Below are positions 1 through 10,105 of a stretch of 64,000 nt of DNA, piece after piece. The notes under the pieces are model-generated. The model searched no databases, had not been told where the DNA came from, and saw nothing but the letters and a program-made list of their open reading frames with translations. The DNA is from an uncultured Poribacteria bacterium. Lineage in GTDB: Bacteria; Poribacteria; WGA-4E; WGA-3G. How positions within the stretch are numbered: position 1 is the first letter of the stretch; each line of letters begins with the position of its first letter. The stretch is taken from the NCBI GenBank assembly GCA_958295855.1, contig OY282383.1, forward strand, positions 252,481-316,480, given 5' to 3'. Position numbers and translations under genes: made by a program.

Positions 1-278
1 ATGACGAGACGCACGCGGTTGTGTTGATTGGTGAAATCGGAGGCACAGCTGAAGAGACAGCAGCGCAGTTCGTGAAGCACAACATGACGAAGCCCGTTGT
101 CGGCTTTATCGCAGGGCAGACTGCACCACCCGGAAAACGGATGGGACACGCAGGCGCGATTATTTCCGGCGGCAAAGGGACTGCTGCCGATAAAATTGCG
201 GCACTCAACCAGGCAGGTGTCGTTGTGGCTGAAAGCATCGCGACGATTGGGCATACCGTCGCACAAGCATTGTCCTAA
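1..278 (+). CDS. sucD: Succinyl-CoA synthetase alpha subunit, 3' part (starts before window)
   Basis: IGEIGG...[23 protein letters not shown] (phospho-His motif); frame open to window edge. Confidence 0.95.
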   Translation, partial: DETHAVVLIGEIGGTAEETAAQFVKHNMTKPVVGFIAGQTAPPGKRMGHAGAIISGGKGTAADKIAALNQAGVVVAESIATIGHTVAQALS

Positions 279-292
279 TTTAACTTTTTAAT

Positions 293-410
293 AATTCGGT
301 TTCTGCTCCGATTTTTCCGCATGAGGTATTTACCCCTGCAAAGCAGGGGCGGATACCCGGTTCAAAATCGGGTTTCCGGCAAGTTTGTAGCATCTTCCCC
401 CCTAATTAAG
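293..410 (+). repeat. Repeat family E (AATTCGGTTTCTGCTCCGATTTTTCC...AAAATCGGGTTTC...CTAATTAAG) carrying a nested CCCCTGC-AAA-GCAGGGG hairpin
   Basis: Related copies at ~1434-1725, 5417-5525, 36420-36555, 47680-47795, 63138-63255, 63288-63402; 310-376 identical to 1624-1690 and 63155-63221. Confidence 0.9.
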
Positions 411-427
411 GGTATAAAGACTTGCAT

Positions 428-578
428 CAGGAATCTCCAACGAGATCTACCACAACGTCACAACTACAACCGAAACCATTAGAACTAGGCAACAACAAAA
501 AATCAGAAACCTCCGACGAGATCTGCCACAACGTCACAACTACAGCAGAAACCATTGGAACTAAGCAATAATAAAAAT
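428..578 (+). repeat. Two tandem ~76 bp family-B units (CTCCGACGAGATCTACCACAACGTCACAACTACAGCAGAAACC...CTAGGCAA)
   Basis: Other copies ~3553-3632(-), 4336-4412, 5263-5335, 7810-7960, 8588-8655, 14531-14605, 14689-14763, 35100-35150(-), 36600-36674. Confidence 0.9.
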
Positions 579-590
579 TGGAAAAAACCC

Positions 591-1421
591 GTGAAGAAAG
601 ACATCGGTTTCTTGCTCTCAAAGAAACAACGACATGAACCCATCACCGTGCTGACCTGCTACGATTATCCTACTGCGCGCTTGCAAGACAAGGCCGGGAT
701 TGACATCGTCTTTGTCGGCGATAGCGTCGGCACGAATGTGCTTGGCTATAAGAGCGAGGCAGAGGTGACAATGGCGGATATGCTGCATCACCTGAAAGCA
801 GTGCGCCGCGGCGTGACAGATGCTTACCTCCTCGTTGACATGCCTTACGCCGCCGATCGGCATGTCAAACAGGCACTCGCAAACGCCAACCTCTTCTTAT
901 CGCACGGGGCAGATGGCGTTAAATTAGAGGGCGGCGTTGAAAAAGTGCCGATTATCAACGCCTTAACCGAACAAGGCATAGAGACATGCGCCCACATCGG
1001 GCACACTCCGCAAATCCACGGTACAAAAGCCATCACCCATGGAAAAACAGTTGCGAAAGCGAAAGCACTCATCGAAACAGCATCAACACTCGCAGACGCT
1101 GGGGCGAAACTCATCGTCCTCGAGAAAATTACCGAAGAGGTGAGCCAGCTCATCACTCGCACTGCGCCCATCCCAACTATCGGTATTGGGGCAGGGCGAT
1201 TCTGCGACGGGCAAGTCCTCGTTATTAATGATATATTAGGTATAGGCCCCCCTTTCAAACATGCCAAACGTTATCAGGATTACAACCACCTGACCTTTGA
1301 GGCAATATCCCGGTATAAGCGGGAGGTTGAACTCGGCAGTTTTCCAACGGATGCCAACGTCACGCACATCCCTTCAGACAAGCTGGCACGGGTGCAGAAG
1401 TGGTTCAAATCGAATTTTTAA
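591..1421 (+). CDS. panB: 3-methyl-2-oxobutanoate hydroxymethyltransferase
   Basis: LTCYD, FVGDSVG, LLVDMPY, VKLEGG, PTIGIGAG..CDGQVLV; GTG at 591 preferred because the ORF extension from 555 is repeat sequence. Confidence 0.95.
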   Translation: MKKDIGFLLSKKQRHEPITVLTCYDYPTARLQDKAGIDIVFVGDSVGTNVLGYKSEAEVTMADMLHHLKAVRRGVTDAYLLVDMPYAADRHVKQALANANLFLSHGADGVKLEGGVEKVPIINALTEQGIETCAHIGHTPQIHGTKAITHGKTVAKAKALIETASTLADAGAKLIVLEKITEEVSQLITRTAPIPTIGIGAGRFCDGQVLVINDILGIGPPFKHAKRYQDYNHLTFEAISRYKREVELGSFPTDANVTHIPSDKLARVQKWFKSNF

Positions 1422-1752
1422 CAATTCCCTCTTTCATCAATTCGGTCTTTCATCAATTCAGTTTCAAGGGTAGGCACAAGGCACTACCCCTACGGATTTT
1501 TCCGTAAGAGTTGCAATCCCCAAGGAACCGGGCGGGAGGGAAGCAAAGCGTGGGAAGAAGCTGCTCAAAATCGGTCTTTCATCAATTCGGTTTCAAGGGT
1601 AGGCACAAGGCACTACCCCTACGGATTTTTCCGCATGAGGTATTTACCCCTGCAAAGCAGGGGCGGATACCCGGTTCAAAATCGGGTTTCGTAATGAGTT
1701 CTAGAGCACTCCCTGCTAATTAAGCCTTCAAAACCGAAAAACACTTGCAGCA

Positions 1753-2110
1753 AAAACCTCCGACGAGAGCTACTCTGTAGGGGCAGTGCCTTGTGCCTGC
1801 CCGTCAGAACAATCCTGACGTTTGCCACTATTTTCAATAGTGGTTAAACTTCCTGATTGCTCTGCAAGGAAAGACAAAAAAAGTTGCATAAGAAACCTCC
1901 GACGAGATCTACTCTGTAGGGGCAGTGCCTTGTGCCTGCCCGTCAGAACTATCCTGCCAATGGTATTTGCCCCTGCTTTGCAGGGGTTTCATACCAATGC
2001 TGATTGCTCTGCAAGGAAAGACAAAAAAAGTTGCATAAGAAACCTCCGACGAGATCTACAGTGCATTGTCAGAACCATCACGCAACCTGATTACTCCGCA
2101 AGGAATGACA
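1753..2110 (+). repeat. Three tandem family-A units (CTCCGACGAG...CTC(C/T)GCAAGG) with nested GTAG-REP and hairpin-D insertions; the last overlaps the trpG stop
   Basis: Direct reading of repeated AACCTCCGACGAG and GCAAGGAA(A/T)GAC motifs. Confidence 0.9.
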
Positions 2111-2663
2111 GAAAGTTTGCCAATAAATCCTTTCCAGCAGCCGTCAAAATAGACTCCGGATGAAACTGCACACCCCAGACAGGCAAAGTCTTATGCCGAA
2201 TCCCCATGATTTCATCCCGGTCTGTCCACGCCGTGATCTTCAGACACGCCGGCAACGTCTCCCCCTTCACAATCAACGAGTGATACCGCGTCGCCTCAAA
2301 CGGGTTATCCAAGCCTTCGAAGAGCTCTGCGCCATCGTGGATTATCATGGACGTTTTACCATGCATTAACCGGTCTGCCCTGACTACCTCGCCGCCGAAA
2401 ACATCCCCGATGCACTGATGTCCAAGGCATACGCCTAAAATTGGCACCTTTCCAGCAAAGTGCCGGATGACATCGTTGGAGATGCCCGCTTCTCGCGGCG
2501 AGCAAGGCCCTGGCGAAATGACAATCCGTTCTGGAGCAAGTGCCTCCAGTGCATCTAGCGAGACTTTTCTGCTCCGATGCACCGCCAATTCGGCACCGAG
2601 TTCGCCCAGATACTGCACGAGGTTGTAAGTAAATGAGTCATAGTTGTCAATTATTAAAACCAT
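2091..2663 (-). CDS. trpG: Anthranilate synthase component II / PabA-type glutamine amidotransferase
   Basis: [36 protein letters not shown]; adjacent to trpE. Confidence 0.93.
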   Translation of the reverse strand: MVLIIDNYDSFTYNLVQYLGELGAELAVHRSRKVSLDALEALAPERIVISPGPCSPREAGISNDVIRHFAGKVPILGVCLGHQCIGDVFGGEVVRADRLMHGKTSMIIHDGAELFEGLDNPFEATRYHSLIVKGETLPACLKITAWTDRDEIMGIRHKTLPVWGVQFHPESILTAAGKDLLANFLSFLAE

Positions 2664-2724
2664 TGTTTACCACCATAAGTGTTGCCACTGGCATATTGCC
2701 CCTGCAAGCAGGGGTGAATGTCAT

Positions 2725-4305
2725 CTACGCCCTTAAGAGCCCTTGTTCTGCCATCTCAATGGCACTGAGCAACGCCCGCGCCTTGTTCATCGTTTCGTAA
2801 TACTCGGTTTCGGGAACGGAATCCGCGACGATGCCGCCGCCCGCTTGTACGTAAGCAACGCTGTCCTTGATGACTGCAGTGCGGATAGTAATCGCCGTGT
2901 CAGCACTTCCTGAAAAACTGAAGTACCCCACTACACCGCCGTAGGGACCCCTGCGTGTCGGCTCCAGTTCGTCAATGATTTCCATGGCACGTATCTTTGG
3001 AGCACCGGATAGCGTCCCCGCCGGGAGGCACGCACGAATCACATCGAAAGCGGTGAGATTCTCGCGCAACCTCCCGATAACATGCGAGACAATGTGCATC
3101 ACGTGTGAGAAGCGTTCGACTATCATAAAATCAGTCACTTCAACGGTGTGATATTCACATACCCGCCCGAGATCGTTACGCCCTAAATCGACGAGCATGA
3201 CGTGCTCGGCGCGCTCCTTCGGATCGGCCAGCAGTGTCTGTTCCAATTCGACATCTTCTTCCGCTGTTTTGCCACGCGGCAGGGTGCCTGCAATCGGGCG
3301 TGTTTGGACAAGCCCATCTTCTACCCGCACCATCATCTCTGGCGATGCCCCTACAATGTCAAAACTATCAAACTTCAGGTAATACATATAGGGCGATGGA
3401 TTCACCACCCGCAACGCCCGATAGACATCAAACGAATCCACGGATACCGGACAACTGAACCGTTGCGAAGGCACAACCTGTATGATGTCGCCTGCGGCTA
3501 TGTATTTCTGGGCGCGCAGCACCGCCTCTTCGTAAGCAGCCTTCGTAAAATTCGATCTTTTGTCCTTGCCTAGCTCCAGCGGTTTCTGCTGTAGTTGTGA
3601 CGCAGGGGAAGATCTCGTCGGAGGTTCCTGAGGCCCCGCCTTTGCAGGTAGGCCCCGCGGCACGGTTTCCCCTACATCCGGGCAACCTAACGCTCCTACT
3701 GGAGGAGATTTGAGCTTCTCAACCACTGATTCAATGGTTGCAATCGCATCGGCGTAAGCCGCATCCACATCTCCATCAATGTGAGCGTTCGCCACAACCT
3801 TAATCTGATGATTGACATGGTCAAACACCAAAAGCGTCTCCACAATCATGAAGAAACAATCCGGAATTTGCAGTTCATCTACTGTGTTATCCGGGAGTTC
3901 CTCAACAAAGCGCGCCATGTCATAACTCATATAGCCCACCGCCCCGCCGTGGAACTGTGGTAACCCTTCGACTTTAACGGGCTGGTAATTCTGCATCACC
4001 CCTTCAAGGGCTTGCAACGGATCGTCGCACACCTGTGATACTGTTTCACCTTTCGACAGATACTCGATCGTCACCTGATGCCCCTTGCTATGGAAAAGCA
4101 CAGACGGTTGACTCCCCAAAAATGAATAGCGTGCAACCGTTTCGCCGCCTTCAACGCTCTCCAATAAAAACGCAAAGGCATCGGGCATCAATTTGTAAAA
4201 TGCGGACACCGGTGTCTCCATATCTGCCAAAATGGGCCGATAAACCGGTATCGTGTTTCCTGATTTCGCTTTTTCGCGAAATTCCTTCAGTGTCGGATAA
4301 TACAT
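2725..4305 (-). CDS. trpE: Anthranilate synthase component I
   Basis: FLLESVEGG, NPSPYM, RPIAGT, AEHVMLVDLGRND, PAGTLSGAPK; ATG 4305 with GGGAG SD; repeat-derived linker insertion. Confidence 0.95.
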   Translation of the reverse strand: MYYPTLKEFREKAKSGNTIPVYRPILADMETPVSAFYKLMPDAFAFLLESVEGGETVARYSFLGSQPSVLFHSKGHQVTIEYLSKGETVSQVCDDPLQALEGVMQNYQPVKVEGLPQFHGGAVGYMSYDMARFVEELPDNTVDELQIPDCFFMIVETLLVFDHVNHQIKVVANAHIDGDVDAAYADAIATIESVVEKLKSPPVGALGCPDVGETVPRGLPAKAGPQEPPTRSSPASQLQQKPLELGKDKRSNFTKAAYEEAVLRAQKYIAAGDIIQVVPSQRFSCPVSVDSFDVYRALRVVNPSPYMYYLKFDSFDIVGASPEMMVRVEDGLVQTRPIAGTLPRGKTAEEDVELEQTLLADPKERAEHVMLVDLGRNDLGRVCEYHTVEVTDFMIVERFSHVMHIVSHVIGRLRENLTAFDVIRACLPAGTLSGAPKIRAMEIIDELEPTRRGPYGGVVGYFSFSGSADTAITIRTAVIKDSVAYVQAGGGIVADSVPETEYYETMNKARALLSAIEMAEQGLLRA

Positions 4306-4411
4306 CAATAACTCCCACATGTAGAAAACTTACATCAAAAATCTCCGACGAGATCTACCACAACGTCACAACTACAGCAGAAACCGCCGGAACTAGGCAA
4401 TAACAAAAAAT

Positions 4412-4567
4412 CAGAAACCTCCGACGAGATCTACAGTGCATCGTCAGAACTATCCTGCCAATGGTATTTGCCCCTGCTTTGCAGGGGTTTCATACCAAGT
4501 TGTGAATTTTAATGAACAACTTTTTTATTTCTTACTTATGCTGATTACTCCGCAAGGAATGACAAAG
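4412..4567 (+). repeat. Composite family-A element with nested hairpin D plus ~40 bp AT-rich cargo; overlaps hisI stop
   Basis: Same composite at ~47803-47958 and ~54538-54690. Confidence 0.88.
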
Positions 4568-4916
4568 AACCTACAACACGCGTTGACTCTCCATCGGGGG
4601 AGACTTCCCGAAAAAAGCAGGAACGATAGCCGGTATGACACGCTGCTACCTTCTGCTCAACCTTTATGAGCAGGGCATCGCCATCACAATCTACTGCGAT
4701 AGATTTGACTGTCTGTGTATGCCCTGAAGTCTCCCCCTTTCTCCACAATTTCTGTCGGGAGCGGCTCCAGAAGCAGACACGGCCTGTAGCCAAGGTCTCT
4801 TTTATCGCTTCCGGGTTCATATATCCAAGCATCAGCACTTCATTGTTTGTGACATCCTGAATTATCGCCGCGACCAGCCCATCGCGGTCGTATTTAAGTT
4901 CAGATAAAATTTGCAT
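4545..4916 (-). CDS. hisI: Phosphoribosyl-AMP cyclohydrolase
   Basis: [35 protein letters not shown]. Confidence 0.95.
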   Translation of the reverse strand: MQILSELKYDRDGLVAAIIQDVTNNEVLMLGYMNPEAIKETLATGRVCFWSRSRQKLWRKGETSGHTQTVKSIAVDCDGDALLIKVEQKVAACHTGYRSCFFREVSPDGESTRVVGSLSFLAE

Positions 4917-4929
4917 TCAGATTTCCCTC

Positions 4930-5037
4930 CCTAAAGTAGTAGGCCCGCTCCGCGTGCCGTACACACCTAAAGTAGTAGGCCCGCTCCGCGTGCCGTACAC
5001 ACCTAAAGTCGTAGTACGCTCCGCGTGCCGTACACAC
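4930..5037 (+). repeat. Three tandem 36 bp GTAG-type REP-like units (AAAGTAGTAGGC.CGCTCCGCGTGCCGTACAC)
   Basis: Units start at 4930, 4966, 5002 with no unique spacers; same family at 5812, 7665, 9562, 9973-10043 and in murD. Confidence 0.9.
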
Positions 5038-5045
5038 ACAATGGT

Positions 5046-5092
5046 AAAAAATAAAAAAACCTTATGCCACCGGGATTTGTGTGCATAAGGCT
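5046..5092 (-). terminator. Intrinsic (attenuator) terminator upstream of hisI
   Basis: Minus strand CCTTATGC-acacaaatcccggtg-GCATAAGG followed by TTTTTTTATTTTTT. Confidence 0.8.
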
Positions 5093-5168
5093 TAAAGATA
5101 ACATCAAAAACAGTCCAGACCCAATTTCGTTTAAGGATATTACCCCTGCAAAGCAGGGGAAAATACAA

Positions 5169-5261
5169 TTAGCGCGCACACTCCCCCTCGATGGAATTGG
5201 AGCACCGCCAATGCCAATCGCGTCCGTTTCTATTCAAACTGGCATGTGAAAAGAAAAACAT
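5169..5261 (-). CDS. Putative attenuator leader peptide MFFFSHASLNRNGRDWHWRCSNSIEGECAR
   Basis: Translated by hand; GGAG SD shortly upstream; W-H-W-R codons; lies between a promoter and a terminator ahead of hisI-trpE-trpG. Confidence 0.65.
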   Translation of the reverse strand: MFFFSHASLNRNGRDWHWRCSNSIEGECAR

Positions 5262-5369
5262 AAAAACACTCCGACGAGATCTACAACGCAGTTAAGACTA
5301 CATAACGCAGTCAACGCACTAGGCATAGACAAAAACTCTTTTCTGCGCTTGTGTCAAGATTATAAGTTA

Positions 5370-5398
5370 ATGATACCCTATTTTTCCTGCTGTGTCAA
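5370..5398 (-). promoter_or_regulatory. Sigma70-type promoter for leader-hisI-trpEG
   Basis: TTGACA-17 bp-TATCAT on minus strand. Confidence 0.65.
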
Positions 5399-5629
5399 AT
5401 TTTTTTGATTTTTCATCAATTCAGTTTTGCGGCGTAATGGTATCAGCCCCTGCAAAGCAGGGGCAACATGCCAGCGTCAAAATCGGGTTTCTTATTAGTT
5501 CTAGAGTACTCCCTGCTAATTAAGCGTATAAACACTTGCAGCAAAAACCTCCGACGAGATCTACAGAGCATCGTCAGAACTATCCTGCATTCTCAATTCT
5601 CCGCAAGGAATGACGAAAAACAAAAAAAC

Positions 5630-5658
5630 TTGCAAAAGGCGCAGCAATATGGTATTAT
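5630..5658 (+). promoter_or_regulatory. Sigma70-type promoter for the riboswitch leader
   Basis: TTGCAA-17 bp-TATTAT about 25 nt before riboswitch P1. Confidence 0.55.
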
Positions 5659-5683
5659 ATAGCCATAACAATTGAATAAACTA

Positions 5684-5966
5684 ACGGTTCAGGTGCCGAA
5701 TGTCGGTATCTACCCCTGCAAGCAGGGGTAAATGCCCATTACGGAGAATAGGGAAGCGCGGTGAGAATCCGCCACGGCCCCGCCACTGTGAACGATCTTT
5801 TGCTCTAATGAAAAGTAGTAGGCACGCTCCGCGTGCCGTACACACAAATCGACGGGAAGATTTTGTAGAGCAAACTTTGGCTTGCAACTGGTATCTGCCC
5901 CTGCTTTGCAGGGGTTTAATGCCAATGCCCCAAAAGATCGGAAGTCAGGAGACCTGCCTGCATCGT
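5684..5966 (+). ncRNA. Cobalamin (AdoCbl) riboswitch, expanded by three repeat insertions
   Basis: AGGTG...AATAGGGAAG-CGCGGTGAGAATCCGC-CACGGCCCCGCCACTGTG...GGGAAG...AGTCAGGAGACCTGCC (B12 box); P1 ACGGTTCAGG/CCTGCATCGT. Confidence 0.92.
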
Positions 5967-6364
5967 GTTTCACGCATCTGCTTTCGCGGGAAAGCAGTGG
6001 AACTGCGCGCAGCAGTATCCTGTCAAATGTAGGAAGGGCGAAGTTAGTCACGCATTGGAAATGCGTGCTGAAGTTCTCCCCGATAGAAAGCATAGAGTCT
6101 GCAGGATCCGCCTCATAATCTGTGTCGCCTTGTCCCCTGTCTTTTCTATTATGAAAGCAGGGGTTTCTTGTTTCATAGGGCATTCACCCCTGCTCGCAGG
6201 GGCAATTGCCAGAAGGAGGATTTCGGCGAAGAAGGTTTAGTCACGCATTTTTAATGCATGCTGAAGTTCGTAGCCGAAATTTACTATTAAAAAGTATGAA
6301 CAGATTTTTTTTCACTTGGCGGCATTTCTCAAAGGCATTCACCCCTGCTCGCAGGGGAAACCAT

Positions 6365-7666
6365 ATGCCAGTGTCGAAATCTTACAGACCGCGCTCGCTC
6401 CTACGATTATGCGCGATGCTCTTCACGTTCCTGGTTAGTTCCGCACTTGCACAAACAGAGATAAGCAGTTACCCCGCAAAGCGGGGAAACATACAAAAGC
6501 AAAACATCGCCGTTATCATCAATGCACTGGATAATGACGACTTAAACATCACCACTACACTTTCAATTATCGATCTCGATGAACCCAATGAGAAACGAGC
6601 TGTTGACGGTGAGATACTCCCTATCGGTGATGTACCAAGTGGGCTCCTCATTCACGGGCATCTTGCCTATATCTCCCGTTTCGAGTGGAGTTCGGTGCCT
6701 CGCGGCAGCATCTTAATTGTCAACTTGGAACGGCGAGAGATTATTGGCGAAATTCCGATCGGATACGGGGCTTACCCACAAAGCCTCGCGCTTGTTAATC
6801 CAAACAAAATGTACGTCACATGCGATAACGTCCATCAGGTACAGGTCATTGACATCCCCAACCGCAATGTGACGAAGATTATTACGCATCCTTCCTTCAA
6901 CAAAACGACCGGCATCACGCTGCTCAACGGAAAGGCATACGTCACCAATTCAGCTTGGGAGTGGGATGCGGAAGCGGGCAAATCTATTTATCATGAGAGT
7001 AGCGTCACGGTGATTGATACCGAGTCAGACACCGTCTTGAAGTCTATTCCAATGCCCATCAATGCAGGTGGCATCCTCAACGACGGCGAATCCACAGTGA
7101 TTGTAAAAACAACTGGCGATTCTAATCTGATTTCTGGGAATCTTGTCCTAATTGACGCGACTACCGATGAAATTGTCAAAACCGTTGCACTCAAGGTGAC
7201 TCCAGGAGCCTTTGCAATCAATTCACACAAACAATTGTTTATTCAGGGAGGATGGCAGAACCCCGGTCTACTTATCTACAACGTGCCGACGCAAAAGTGG
7301 ATTCGAGACAAAAATGACGCACTTGTCGATGTCGGCGGCGGGGCCGGGATGACTTTCGCACCGGACGGAAGCCTTTATATCACTTATCCTGACTGGACCG
7401 GGGGAGGGTTATCTCTCGTTCGTGTTCTGGGGCCAGATGGAACCCTGCGCAAAACCTATCAAGCCGGGCACGGTACCAACAATATTGCAATTGCACAGAT
7501 TGTCCCCCGTCCCGAAGATGTGAACGACGACGGGTTTATCGACCTGGCAGATCTGACAATTGCCAGTCGGTACTTAGGCACCAGCGGCGTTGGAATAATT
7601 GGGGATGTCAACGGCGATGGTATCGTTGACATCCGTGACTTGGTGCGTATTGCCCAGCATATATAG
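6365..7666 (+). CDS. Secreted YncE/BtuG-like beta-propeller with C-terminal dockerin-like domain; candidate cobalamin-binding protein
   Basis: Signal peptide ending SSALA-Q; KMYVT/KAYVTN and VTVIDT blades; DVNDDGFIDLADL...DVNGDGIVDIRDL; first gene after the riboswitch. Confidence 0.7.
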   Translation: MPVSKSYRPRSLLRLCAMLFTFLVSSALAQTEISSYPAKRGNIQKQNIAVIINALDNDDLNITTTLSIIDLDEPNEKRAVDGEILPIGDVPSGLLIHGHLAYISRFEWSSVPRGSILIVNLERREIIGEIPIGYGAYPQSLALVNPNKMYVTCDNVHQVQVIDIPNRNVTKIITHPSFNKTTGITLLNGKAYVTNSAWEWDAEAGKSIYHESSVTVIDTESDTVLKSIPMPINAGGILNDGESTVIVKTTGDSNLISGNLVLIDATTDEIVKTVALKVTPGAFAINSHKQLFIQGGWQNPGLLIYNVPTQKWIRDKNDALVDVGGGAGMTFAPDGSLYITYPDWTGGGLSLVRVLGPDGTLRKTYQAGHGTNNIAIAQIVPRPEDVNDDGFIDLADLTIASRYLGTSGVGIIGDVNGDGIVDIRDLVRIAQHI

Positions 7667-7907
7667 TAGTAGGCACGCTCCGCGTGCCGTATACAAAAGT
7701 GTAGGAGCGCGAAAAGATTTTACCCCTGCTTTGCAGGGGTAAAATACCAGTGTCACAATCTGGTTACTTTTTAGTTGTAGAGTGCTCCCTGCTAATTGCG
7801 GTTGCATGAGAAATCTCCGACGACATCTTCCACTGCGTCACAACTACAACCAAAACCATTGGAACTAGGCAATAACAAAAGATCAGAAACCTCCGACGAG
7901 AGCTACA

Positions 7908-9974
7908 ATGCCGTTAAAACTACAGAACGCAGTCAACACACTAGGCATAGACAAAAAATTGCTATTGCTCCCACTGCTTGTCGTCGCTTGCACAACGGAA
8001 ACGAAAGAGAATCCGTTGGCATGGCAGATTACCTTTTTTTCGCTCGGTGCCAAGGTACAGTTTCACAACGAACCACCGATAGCGCGGATTTCTGCCTTCA
8101 ATTCTGACAGAATGCTGGTTGCACAACTCAATTTCCCTGGACCACCCCGACAGATAGAATCGCTCTATTTTGAATGGCAGGAAGGGGAAACCTATAGATT
8201 TGAAGCGGCTTTGCACACGGGGCAAATCAGTGTTCAAACGGTGACTGCCCCGCGTGTGCATGCCCCCGGCAATTTAGAGATTGCTATCCCTTACGGTGCA
8301 GCGAGGCAAGCGACAACGGATGCAACCGCGTCAAAGGCACTCGTGGTACAAGGGAGCGAAATGACAGCCACGCTCATCGTTACAAACGGCAATGCCCCAG
8401 CTACCTTTGAGGTGGAGCTCTGCTTACCATCTACGCTCGATGTCGTCCAATTGCCGATAGAATGGCAAACCGAGACGAACGGCACCGAGACTTGTCTGTT
8501 TACCGCTGGCACCTTTCGCGTTGCATCCGAGGTCTGGTATCGTGAATTAGTTTTGAAAATTCCCCAGAATGGCTTTAAAAACTTACATCAGACGAGAGCT
8601 ACCACAACGTCACAACTACAGCAGAAACCACCCCAACTAGGCAATAACAAAAAACCAAAAATTGCAGGTATCGTCCGTTTTAAGACAGATACCGCACAAA
8701 CTTGGACGCAAAGGACAGAAGTGCAGTTGCGTTCGGCAACAGTAGCAGAAATCGCCGAGCACCTCTCCATAGAATCTATCCAAATGCCTACGGATGTAGC
8801 CGGCATCCCCCATCTGCAGCGACAAACCGATACCATCTATTACCAGCGCCCTTTGTTCCGTTGGTTAAAAATGCCCCAAACTGATGCCTTTCAACCCATA
8901 GCCTACCAGACCGTGCGGCTCCGCAATCAAGCCCAAGAAACTATCCATGTCGTCGTCTCTTCCATCAACCGAGATACGAAGAGTGGCGCAGCAGTGAGGT
9001 TTCTTGCACCGCCGGATGCCGTGAACGCCGGCACAGACCGGAGCATCAGTTTCGCCAGTTTGCCAGGCGGTGAAGTGACAGCAATTCCGCTGCCCATCTA
9101 CTTTCAGTCCCCCCATAGGAGCGATCTCCGAATCGCGACAGGCGAATACGAACGTGACATTGCAGTGAAGGTATGGGGAAGCGACGCGACAATCCTTCGC
9201 GAACAACGCCCACTCCATCTCATCGTTCCAAACCGACATGCGCTGTTTGTGAGTGGGATAGCAATCATCGCGAGCTGCATCGGGCTGATAGTGCTGCTGC
9301 CCTTTAACGAGCGAAGACACAAGCAGTTCTTCGCTCGTTTCACGACTAAACAACTCATCGTCATCGCCCTATTTGGCACAACGATCTTTGTCGTAGTTAT
9401 CGTGCCGTCAACGCTGTTTCTCAACCTCATCCGCGCCCTCCTTGGGCCCGTCTCTGTCTTGCTGACAGGCTTAATTAATGAGACGCTCTATTACGCGTTG
9501 CTGACAGCGTTGCTAATTTATATTAACGGAGCCCCCAGAGCATCCCGCATTACCAGAACCAAAGTAGTAGGCACGCTCCGCGTGCCGTACACAGCTGTCC
9601 ACAAAAGCCGGCCAACCCACGGTAAAGGGGGTGTCATCTTGCTTGTCTCCGCAGTGCGCTTACTTCTCGGCGGGGTTACGTTCGGGCTTTTCACGCCGAT
9701 GACGATTATCTATACAGGCACGAGCGTCCTCCTGCTTGAGACGGGATTTCTGCTCGTACAAAGGCGCGGTTTGCTGGCGTGGGCACTCGTGCTCGGCATC
9801 TGCGATGCAATCGCCGTCTACGTCGATTTTCAACTCTCTATCCTGTTCTACCGCCTCTTTTACGCCGATTGGTATATTATCCTCCGAATTCTGGTGGAGG
9901 GGTTTGCGTATACCTTTATCGGTGTGCTGCTCGGTGCCAGATTAGGACGCGGCCTCCGGCGCGTAGCCGATTAA
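7908..9974 (+). CDS. Membrane protein: large extracytoplasmic N-terminal region plus ~6-7 TM C-terminal domain resembling an ECF S-component; start uncertain (lies in a repeat)
   Basis: LLLLPLLVVAC signal/lipobox-like segment; FTTKQLIVIALF then hydrophobic helices; several in-frame repeat insertions. Confidence 0.6.
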   Translation: MPLKLQNAVNTLGIDKKLLLLPLLVVACTTETKENPLAWQITFFSLGAKVQFHNEPPIARISAFNSDRMLVAQLNFPGPPRQIESLYFEWQEGETYRFEAALHTGQISVQTVTAPRVHAPGNLEIAIPYGAARQATTDATASKALVVQGSEMTATLIVTNGNAPATFEVELCLPSTLDVVQLPIEWQTETNGTETCLFTAGTFRVASEVWYRELVLKIPQNGFKNLHQTRATTTSQLQQKPPQLGNNKKPKIAGIVRFKTDTAQTWTQRTEVQLRSATVAEIAEHLSIESIQMPTDVAGIPHLQRQTDTIYYQRPLFRWLKMPQTDAFQPIAYQTVRLRNQAQETIHVVVSSINRDTKSGAAVRFLAPPDAVNAGTDRSISFASLPGGEVTAIPLPIYFQSPHRSDLRIATGEYERDIAVKVWGSDATILREQRPLHLIVPNRHALFVSGIAIIASCIGLIVLLPFNERRHKQFFARFTTKQLIVIALFGTTIFVVVIVPSTLFLNLIRALLGPVSVLLTGLINETLYYALLTALLIYINGAPRASRITRTKVVGTLRVPYTAVHKSRPTHGKGGVILLVSAVRLLLGGVTFGLFTPMTIIYTGTSVLLLETGFLLVQRRGLLAWALVLGICDAIAVYVDFQLSILFYRLFYADWYIILRILVEGFAYTFIGVLLGARLGRGLRRVAD

Positions 9975-10105
9975 AGTAGTAGGCATGCTCCGCGTGCCGT
10001 ACACAGTTTAAAGTAGTAGGCATGCTCCGCGTGCCGTACACAGCATAGACCTGTCTTGCCTCCTTACTTCTCCGCAAGGAAAGGCGAAAAAGAGGAACTA
10101 TTACA

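Noticed and set aside
1822..2163. Short ORFs with recurring KNLRRDLQ / FSARND / PALQG peptides (also 4436, 5468, 11618, 33816, 38863, 54448, 61808)
   Set aside because: Translations of the repeat families, not genes
4930..5037. 36 bp tandem repeat (also 9973-10043) as a CRISPR array
   Set aside because: Units are contiguous with no unique spacers, the motif is dispersed and inside genes, and there are no cas genes
5978..5998. Hairpin CTGCTTTC-GCGG-GAAAGCAG as riboswitch terminator
   Set aside because: No U-tract follows; expression platform cannot be assigned
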